From contig NIVC01001830.1 in NCBI GenBank assembly GCA_002269645.1, forward strand, positions 62,001-126,000: a stretch of 64,000 nt of DNA, in the 5' to 3' direction. Made by a program: the position numbers and the translations under genes. Source of the DNA: Macrostomum lignano. Taxonomy: Eukaryota. Positions 24,451 through 33,702 of this stretch are shown piece by piece. A model generated the notes under the pieces. That model saw nothing but the letters and a program-made list of their open reading frames with translations, searched no databases and had not been told where the DNA came from. How positions within the stretch are numbered: position 1 is the stretch's first letter; each line of letters opens with the position of its first letter.

Positions 24451-27400
24451 ATGTCTGCTAGTACAAGCAAGTTTTTATATTCATTTCTTTTTCTTTGCTT
24501 TCTAAGTGTTGGAGGAAACGCACTGTACTTTCATATTGGAGAGACTGAGACTAAGTGCTTCATTGAGGAAATTCCCGAGGACACATTGCTTGTTGGTAAG
24601 TTTTTGGATTATTGAACTCGGAACTATTGAAATCGGAATGTGTGCCGATTCCTAGCTTTTAAAAATGTTATGTAATAATTGTAGGTAGATGAGAGTCGTT
24701 TTTAGTTTTAGCAGACTTTGTTATTGTTTCAGTGACCATATATAATATAAATACTAAAATAGCAAAAAGCAAAATTTAACAACCTCTTCTTATTTTCACT
24801 GCAACTTCCTTACCTAATTTAGATGGTTTTTGTTTTATGTATTGACCATAAAGATAATTGTCCCTCAATTTTATGGTCACCATAACAGTAGTAACTTGTC
24901 TTTAGTTTAGTTTTATTCAATCATTATTATTAACCCTAATTTAAAGTAAAAAGTAGACCTTACTTACTACTCAGTGTCTTAGACCTTAGACCTTAGACCA
25001 TAGACCTTATTTATTAATCTTCATTCTTCAGCTCACCCCTCACTTTTGGTTTACAATCATTTTCATATATGCACTCCCATTGAAATGATTGCGAACCAAA
25101 GCTAGTTATAGGAAAGCATGTCAACCCTAGCTTAGTATAATTAATCTTTAGTGCTTGCACCTTCCCTCACTTTTGGTTTACGATCATTTCCATATATACA
25201 CTCCATTAAAATGATCATGAACCAAAGCTGACTGTAGAAAAGCATATCATTATCAACCTTTACGGCTTTAGTATACTTTATTATGGCTAGCGCCATAGTC
25301 AGGAAGGTGGCAGTTTGGTCGGAAAATTCCGGCGCACACAAGCCCTTTTTGGGCACACAACGGCGCACAGCGGCGCACAGCAGTGCGCCACAACAGCGCA
25401 CAGCGGCGCACTGGCGCACAGCGGCGCACAACGGCGCACACCAGAGGACACCGGCGCATGGCGGCGCGGCGCGGCGGGCGGCGCGGCGCGGCGGGCGCCG
25501 CGCCACATGCAGCGTTACCCTTGTGGCGATCCCATGTAACGATGTAAGTCGTTACTTGTTACAGTACACTATTCACTGTTCTATCTAATGTAACACTGCA
25601 TTCTACCAAAAAATAAAAAATAAAATAAAATATTTTCCTTTTCCTTTTTACCTTTGTTTTTGCCATTTGCTTACTTTTTATGTTTGTTTTGTTTTAAAAA
25701 TTAGAAATTAAATTAAAAATTTTTTAAATTTCTATTTTCGGTTTAACAATCTCAATTTCTCATAATATAGATAGCCCGTAACCGTCCCGTATTAACCATT
25801 ATATTCTCTTGTCTCGTGACTCGACTCTCGTGTAACGTTTATTGAAAATATTGGCGCACAAAAATTGTTGCTATGTTGTAAAAAAAGGTCTTTTATTGTC
25901 GCAAGGCAGGTAGTGGCGGGCGCACAACGGCGCACACAAGGGTTTTTGTGTCGGCGCACGGCGCACAATTTTGGGAGAGGCCAAAATTTGTTCCGGCGCA
26001 CACTCTGCCACCTTCCTGACTATGGGGCTAGCGTTGGTTCTTGATCATTTTAATGGGCAATATATGTTTGGGTGATTGTAAACAAAAGCCAAAAGTGAAA
26101 TATATAGGCCACCATAGCTCAAACTTGCAACTTGACAGTTGAAATTAGTTTGACAAGCTTTTCTATTGCTAGCTTCTGTTTGCAATCATTTCAATAGGCA
26201 GCATACATTTGGATGATCATAAACCAAAGGTGAAATATAAGGTGCTACTACGATAATCTTACAATCTTTTAAAATAAACAAGTCAGTTCACCAACATTTG
26301 ATTTTGTTTCATTGGAAACTATGGATTTTATATCTTACAACTGCTTATAACTATGATTGTTAATGTTTTAAGGTGATTGTTACTATTTGGGATGATTGTA
26401 AACATACATGCGCAACAGTCGGCCGAGTCGGCCGATCCGGCCGACTGATTTGGCAGCCAACAAAGGAAGTCGCAAAAATCCCCACCCAAAAAACACCCAC
26501 GTAGTAGTACTAAGTAGCTGACGAGGCATTTTTGCCTGATAAGACAGTCATAGTTACTCCCGCCGTTTACCCAAAGTTGCGTTAATTTTGCTTTAGGGTT
26601 TTTTTACATGTAAGTCGCATTTTTGGCCAAAAACTATGTCGCATTTTTGTTAAAACTAAGTCGCACGGCCGACCGAATTTTGGACGTTGCGCATGTATGA
26701 TTGTAAACCAAAGGAATGCCACTTTGGTAACTGCCATTTTGATAACAAAAAATGACCATTTTGGTAATAGCCAAGGTTTGTTTGCATATTCTTTTGGATC
26801 ATATCAATTATTGTTATTCTCACTTGTTACCAAAGTGGCTGTTACCAAAGTAGACTGTAACCAATATTTTTTACTATAAATATACAATATAAGATAATAC
26901 AATAAGAAAAATTGATATTGCTTTTAACAAAGAAGGCAGACTTAATGTTCATCTTTTGCTATGTTTTGTCTTTCTTTTAGCTTTCCATAAAGCTTTAGCT
27001 TTTCAACAGTCAGCTAGGAATCATAAAATAGACTATATTCTATATTGCTATTTAAAGTTAACAATGCTTGCACAAGTCTGGCCCTTATTTTAATTATTCT
27101 CCTTTTTTAATAAATGCTTTTTAACATATAGAAGTCTAATATATGTTAACTTATAATTCTAATAAATACATTGTGACTTGTGACTGTTGCCCTTTTGACT
27201 TATAGCCTTTTGTCAATTGGCATTTTGTAAAATAGTTGATAAAGGGACTATTTAGCAAGGGTAGTAATTAAGCACATAGCTAGGATTTATGTTAGGAAGG
27301 GACAGAAACATGAATCCATCTCTGATGGAAGCAAAATACAAAGGTAATAAAAAAAACCCCCTTCCCCTAGGGCGGGGGGGGGGTATGTCCCTAGTGTCCT

Positions 27401-30400
27401 CCCCCCTTGGCTATGCCCCTGGTAACATTATATGCAATCATTGAAGTGACCATATTTTTTAAATCATGGTTACTTTAGTAAAAGTCAGTTTGATAATAAT
27501 GACAAATAATTCTAGGATCATCTGTTTTGGTAACAAGCCCTATAGGAAAAAGTTGTAAAACCATGGACAGTGTCCGGCGCACTTTTGAAATTTTTCTAAA
27601 GCGCAGTGCGCGCACAAGCGCAGCGCCTGCACGCGTGCTGCCCTTTCTTACTGGCTGCTGCCTGCTGCTCTAGCAAATACATATATATGGAAATGGGTAT
27701 AATACCTCTGTTGAAGGGGCTTATACACTTGTAATTTATTAAGCTTAGAGATGTTCCAAAAATTAAATTTCAATTTTCCAAAATTTGAAATTTTTTAGAG
27801 CAAATTTCAATTTTGAAAAAATTTAAAGTGAAAATTTTGGTAGTGTCTAAAAAGTCGCTAAAAATAAACTACTTTCTACTACATATACATGTATTACTTT
27901 TTGTTTAAGCAGTAAATTGAAAATAAAAAAGTGAGTGTTGATCATACTAAACTTTGTTTTTCTGAATTATGATTTCGGGAAATTTCAATTTTGATTTTGG
28001 AAAGTTAGCAAATTTTGATTTCGACGAAACTGCAGATCTTTCGGAACATCTCTAATAATCTTAAAGCGCGGTAAAATAGTTTGACTCTTTTCTAAAGCGC
28101 ACGTCCGCGGGTTTTTAACATTTATTCCAATAGGGGTAACAAGTTACTTTAGTACCAAATGCATATAGAGCTTATAGACTTATAAGGGAAAATTGCTTAG
28201 ATGTCAGTCAAGACTTATAGGAGAAATTGCTAAAATGGCAAGGCTAATAAGGGAGATTGCTAATCATGAGATAGCATAGCTTATAAGGTGCTCAATAGGA
28301 AAAAATGCTAAATGGCAGATGGCCATTTGGTGCATTTTCAAATTGACCCTATAGCATGGCACATTTTCTATGTGGTAGTGCTTAACATAGTATGGCACAG
28401 TGGGACATTTGGTATAATGCTTGAAATCTATGTCAAAATAGCCATGCATAGAATAGCCTTAGCCTAAATGTCAAAACATCAAAAGTTGGAAATGCTATTT
28501 GGCATGCTCTGGGTAGCAATGCTGTTTCACTGGTGTGCCACTACTGCTAAAACAATGCAGAGTGCCAAAAGGTCCTTTATTGTCCCAACCCCTTCTGGGC
28601 CCTGATGCACACTTGGCATGCATGCCTAACAAATAGGAAAACAAAAAATTGGGGAAGAAAGGAGAAGAAGAGAAAAGGAAAAGAAAGGAGGAAAAAGAGA
28701 GAGGGAAAGAGAAGAAAGAGAAAGAGAAATAGAAAAAAAAGAGAACAGAAGGAACTAAGTTGCAATTAGGAAGAATTAAGTTGCAATCAAGAGGAACTAA
28801 GTTGCAATCGGGAAGAACTAAGTCGCAATTAGGAGGAACTAAGTCGTAATCAGGAGGAACTAAGTCGCAATCAGGAGGAACTAAGTCACAATTAGGAGGA
28901 ACTAAGTCTTAATCAGGAGGAACTAAGTCGCAATCAGGAGGAACTAAGTCGTAATCAGGAGGAACTAAGTTGCAATCAGGAGGAACTAAGTCGCAAATCT
29001 GGACAAAACTAAGTCGCAAATCTGGACAAAACTAAGTCACATTGGATGGGTGAAATTTTGAGGTTGGGCATGTATGACACATGGTGACCCCTTGATGCAG
29101 CCCATGTACCTTGGAGAGTGACCCCTTGATGCAGCCCATGTACCTTGGAGAGTGACCCCTTGGTGCATTTTTGCTAGACCCTTGATTCATATCTATGCAT
29201 TTTCAAAATTTATTCAAATAGAAATAAGGTGAAGTTTTTTATATGTCAAGGCTTGGTGGATTGCTGAGAAGTCAAGGCTTGGATGGAATTGCTATAATGC
29301 TGTGACTCTTAGGGAGAATTATTGAATTGTCAAGGTTTATGGGGGGGGGGGGAAATTGCTGAAGACATTAAGGCTTTAGGGTTGGGGTTAGGGTTAAGAT
29401 TAGGATTAAGGTTAGTTTCAGGGTTATGGTTAGGGTTAGGTGAAATTGCTAAGATTTTAAGGCTGAGAGGGGATTGTTTGAGATTGTAATGCTTATGGGT
29501 AGTATTGCTAAGGCTACGATGTTAAGGTTTATGGAAGGGATTATTAAGGCATTTGGGGGGAATCACTAAGATGTCAAGGTTTATAATTGTAATTGCTAAA
29601 TTTATTGTAAGGAGAAGCTAAATGTTTATTAATTTAATTGTATTTGATTCTTTGTTAGCTTCCCACTGTGGGGGGTACTGATTGCTAGTCTATAGCTAAA
29701 AATGATAGAAATCTTAGAAAAGAGATAGCTATGCAATGTTGCCATTTATTTTTCAATATCCATATACTAAAAATGGTCTTTATTTCTAGACTTAAAATGG
29801 TGAAATGGTATTGTATAGGGTTCGAATTAAAGCCAATTTGTAAATTCATGTGAATTGTCTATGGCCAAAATCTTAGAAAAGCATTCAAAAGTAAGGAGAT
29901 CCATTTGCAAATTAATTTTTTGACAGTACCATCTTCAGCAAACGTATGATAGACTAACACAATGCGAGTTATTAAAAAAATAATTCTAGTAAAATGGCAT
30001 CAGCAAAATAGCAGTAGAACTGTTGTCAGAATCTTTTGATCCAAAAAACATCGTGCATATTAGCACTGCTCTGACTTAAAAGCTGCTCAACAAAGCTTGT
30101 AGGAAAGTCAAAAGCATATGGAATCAATCAAATTCATCACAGTAGATTACTACCCATAACTGCAGGCAAGTACAAGGTGGAGATATTCGACAAGGGCCAG
30201 AACAAATTTGTGCCCACTGTCAGCGGCCTTGGTATGCACGTAGAGATCAAGGATCCCGATCGCAAGATGGTGCTGTCGCGCACCTACTCGGATCAGGGCC
30301 AATTTAGTTTCACCTCGCACACCTCTGGCGAGCACACCATCTGCTTGCACTCGAACTCGTCCGCTTGGTTCAATAGCGGCCAGCTCCGCGTACACCTGGA

Positions 30401-31983
30401 CATTCAGGTTGGCGAGCACGCCCAGGACTACTACGCTATCGCCGCCAAGGACAAGCTGACCGATCTGGAGCTGCGTGTCCGACAACTGTTGGACCAGGTT
30501 GAGCAGATCTCCAAGGAGCAGAACTACCAGCGGGTAAGCTGTTGGAACTCACTTAAGGTTTAGAGCCAACCTTCAAGGCACAAAGAGTGTACATGCACAA
30601 CCCCAAGTGAAACCCCCCCCCCCAAAAAAATAAACACAATTTTGGGTAAACGGCAGGAGTAACTATGACTGTCTTATTGAAGTAGAACGCTGTTTGCTTC
30701 CCGGTTTAGGCGCTTAAGATTACCTTAAGACTCGAGCCTCTTCAGTGGGAAGTTCTCTTAACTCTCAGTAGCGTAGGTAGTGCTGCCACCAGTTCCTTCA
30801 GGTCTCAGCCTTCGATGAGGTGAGCTTCCCGTCGGAACGAAATAACGAAGTCAACGAACTCAGCACCGGGTGCAGATTTGCAGTTCAACGTACCAGGCGT
30901 CTCGTCAGCAGCACCTGCCGGGCTTGGTTGGTACAGGGAGGGCTGAGTTAGCCTCTCGTAGGCTTGAGTTTTGCTTTAGTAGGGTCTCAGACAGACCAAT
31001 AGCAGAGAACTCAATGTACGCAGACGTGCGGTCAGTACAGACACTCGGGCTCGGAAGCTCGGCACTTGGAACTCGAGAAACAGATCCTCAGTCAGAAAAC
31101 TGGAAGCTCCTTGACGGAAACAAGGGGGAGAGGGGTCCTATTTATAGCCGGGATTCTCCCGCGCGCAAGACCTCGTGACTTGTTCTATTTTTAGAACTGA
31201 CGTCACTTGAGGTCTCCGGCCAGAGTATACGCGGCTGTGACTGAGTTGCTATTTTTAGCAACATGAGTCACTCCTCTCCTTAGAGAAGGGAGGGGTCCGA
31301 AAGCACGTGATTCTCCCGGTAAGCAGGACCAGCGAGTGCAGTAAACATGTTTACTGCACTTTTAAGATTCCAAGAACGCAAGATCTGTCATGTGAGCAAG
31401 TCACATGACAGAGGAAAACGGGACGGGAACGAAGCAGAGACAGCCTACAGCAGAGAAGCTGAGGGCTGAGAACAGAGACGCAGAAGGGCAGAACAGGCCA
31501 AGGGCAGCAACAGACGGGCCAAGGGGGCGGCAAGCTGACCAGCGGCAGACAGCAACCCAGGGCGAGGGCGAGGGCGAGGGAGACTGCTGACAAAGGGGGA
31601 CGCCAAACACTAAACTAGCGGCTCACTACATTATTATAGCTCAATGCTTCGCCATCTAATTAGTACTGCGTCTGTATTTTTGGATCGGCATTTTTGCGAC
31701 TTGCCTTGGCTGGGCCCCTCGCCAGCCGGTTGGGTGTTGCGCATGTATAAGTAGAAAGTCAGTGAGCTCCGCCAATCGCATCTCCCCTGATTATACAGTA
31801 ATACTGAACATCACGACCTTTCCCTTTTGGCAGCATCGCGAAGAAGTCTTCCGCCACATCAGCGAGAGCACCAACCAGCGCGTACTGTGGTGGTCAATCC
31901 TGCAGACTGTGATCCTGCTTGGCACCGGATTCTGGCAGATGCGTCATCTAAAATCATTCTTCCAGGCTAAGAAGCTGGTCTAA
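24451..31983 (+). CDS. TMED9: p24-alpha family cargo receptor (TMED4/TMED9-like, GOLD domain), 220 aa, 3 exons
   Basis: Exons 24451-24595 (signal peptide, [18 protein letters not shown]), 30166-30533 ([11 protein letters not shown]...[13 protein letters not shown]...EQNYQR), 31834-31983 ([11 protein letters not shown]...FFQAKKLV). Phases fit (663 nt); C-terminal KKLV dilysine. TMED4 versus TMED9 cannot be resolved. Confidence 0.95.
25037..26240. repeat. Foldback-like arrangement of approx. 125-bp units (two direct, then two inverted)
   Basis: CTCACTTTTGGTTTAC-ATCAT...CCATT-AAATGAT...AACCAAAGCT at 25037 and 25166; reverse-complement copies at about 26034-26100 and 26130-26240. Confidence 0.65.
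25293..26025. mobile_element. MITE, 733 bp, perfect 21-bp TIR CCATAGTCAGGAAGGTGGCAG, 8-bp TSD GGCTAGCG
   Basis: TSD copies at 25285-25292 and 26026-26033; internal GGCGCAC subterminal repeats at both ends. Confidence 0.92.
26403..26699. mobile_element. MITE, 297 bp, 14-bp TIR CATACATGCGCAAC, 8-bp TSD ATTGTAAA, carrying a 28S rRNA-like segment
   Basis: TSD copies at 26395-26402 and 26700-26707; 26509-26572 is the reverse complement of an LSU rRNA-like 64-mer. Confidence 0.9.
27746..28054. mobile_element. hAT-like MITE with TAGAGATGTTCC termini
   Basis: 12-bp TIR TAGAGATGTTCC / GGAACATCTCTA, AT-rich interior; TSD not matched. Confidence 0.65.
28750..29035. repeat. 21-bp minisatellite (AGGAGGAACTAAGTCGCAATC)n
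   Basis: About 13 copies in TMED intron 1. Confidence 0.9.
30588..31749. mobile_element. Second copy of the 28S-carrying MITE, opposite orientation, interrupted by a solo LTR
   Basis: Ends TGTACATGCACAAC / GTTGCGCATGTATA; 28S-like halves at 30644-30677 and 31635-31664; TSD not retained. Confidence 0.75.
30678..31630 (-). mobile_element. Solo LTR, 953 bp, TG...CA termini, 4-bp TSD TTAT (Gypsy-like)
   Basis: Begins TGAAG, ends CTACA; TTAT at 30674-30677 and 31631-31634; TATAAATA on the minus strand at 31139-31146. Removing it restores a contiguous 28S-like segment. Confidence 0.85.
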
Positions 31984-32966
31984 GCTAAATAAGTTTTTTG
32001 TGTGGGAATCCGCCTGTCTGTCTGTGTCTGTTGGCTCTGTTTCTAGATGATACAGGTAATCATTACTGACTCTGGCTCTTCTATCTTATTAAAGCATATG
32101 GCCTCTGCTGCAGAATTTCTCATGATTATTGACCAGTTTGAAAAGTACTATCTTAATACTGTAATACAACTATCAAAACACAATTCTACCGTTATTTTGA
32201 CAGTCTGGTCAATCTTTTGCTCCCGAAAGTGCAGCGGATCTCCCTTTTCCCCCGAGTTGTTTGGTGTCGGATTTCCTGTTTATTAGTTTTATTGAAATTC
32301 AAGTCATTTTTTTGTGCGAATCAATCTGTGTGTTGTTGAACTGGCCTTTTATCTCCGCTTGTGTTCTTAGATTAGCAATCCAGTTATTAAATACAGAAGC
32401 ACAATTGCACACTCACACACCGACACACCATAATCTTCTCTATGTTTCCCATCTATCTTTCCCGTCTGTTTAAATTTAATAAAGCTTATTGTTTGTTTAT
32501 TTCGTGTTTATTTCATTGTTTGCCAATAATGTGTTTTCATGTTTAAGCTGCTTTTGTTGTCTCTTAAGCCTGTGTCAAGCTCGATCGATCCGTTGGAAGT
32601 TAGCAATTTCGTCATCCTGGCGCTTGTGTTTTTCTCTTTTTTTAATAAAAAACATCTGTCCGAGCTAATTCTAAGAATTGACAAGCTACAGTGTGTTCAG
32701 TGGACAAACGAGTCAGGTGTTATTTCGAGTGCTCGGAAATTAATGTAAACTATGCTTCTTCGTCTTCTTGCGCAGTTCGAGTTGTTTATTTTTTAACTCA
32801 CAGTTAATTGGAAGCCGCACCTATTAGGGGTCGCAGAATCCCCGGATTGATATTTTCCAGTACCATCTCCTTGTCATAACATTGTTATAATGTTATAAAA
32901 ATGCTGCGAATGATATTTTTATAATGCATACAGTTATGGTAGGAGCTAAAGGGTAGGAGCCTACTT

Positions 32967-33259
32967 ATTTTGGCGCCGCAGGCACTCATTTTGGCGCCGC
33001 AGGCACTCATTTTAGCGCCGCAGGCACTCATTTTGGCGCCGCAGGCACTCATTTTGGCGCCGCAGGCACTCATTTTTGACGCCGCAGGCACTCATTTTTG
33101 ACGCCGCAGGCACTCATTTTGGCGCCGCAGGCACTCATTTTAGCGCCGCAGGCACTCATTTTGGCGCCGCAGGCACTCATTTTGGCGCCGCAGACACTCA
33201 TTTTAGCGCCGCAGGCACTCATTTTAGCGCCGCATGCACTCATTTTGGCGCCGCAGGCA
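32967..33259. repeat. 21-bp minisatellite (ATTTTGGCGCCGCAGGCACTC)n
   Basis: About 14 copies; the unit also occurs once, inverted, in a dispersed element at about 3713-3735. Confidence 0.94.
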
Positions 33260-33702
33260 CTATATTTTGTCAGCTGCGGCCTGTGGCGCTAAAATGAGCG
33301 CTGACAACACCAATTCTGAAAACAATGTACACGTAGGAATTTAGTCATGTACACGTACATGTAGAATTCTTGGCTTTGTCCCCAGCATACAATCCATGGT
33401 GACGCCCCTGGATTTAGAGCGTCACCATGCAGACCTCAATCCCTACAGAAGAATCAAAAACTCTGTCAAATAAAGAACAAAAGCGAGTTACAACACAATT
33501 ATGAATATCATTACTTTCTGACTGCCCTTTGTAGCGGTTAAGCGCATATGTGGTGAGTCTAGTTAATATAGTACCGGTTGGTGCCAGCAAGCGCATCTCT
33601 ATGGCACAAACCGCGTGAACTCACTTGAGCTTGCATGAAGCTCTCAATCGTGTATATAATTCTATTAAGACATTATAGGAATTCAGTGTCCTTAGTCGCG
33701 AG

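Noticed and set aside
26509-26572. rRNA gene call for the 28S-like matches here and at 30644-31664
   Set aside because: Only 64 bp, diverged, and embedded in MITEs with no flanking rDNA.
29380-29440. Telomere-like GGGTTA tract
   Set aside because: Only a few degenerate units; low-complexity sequence.
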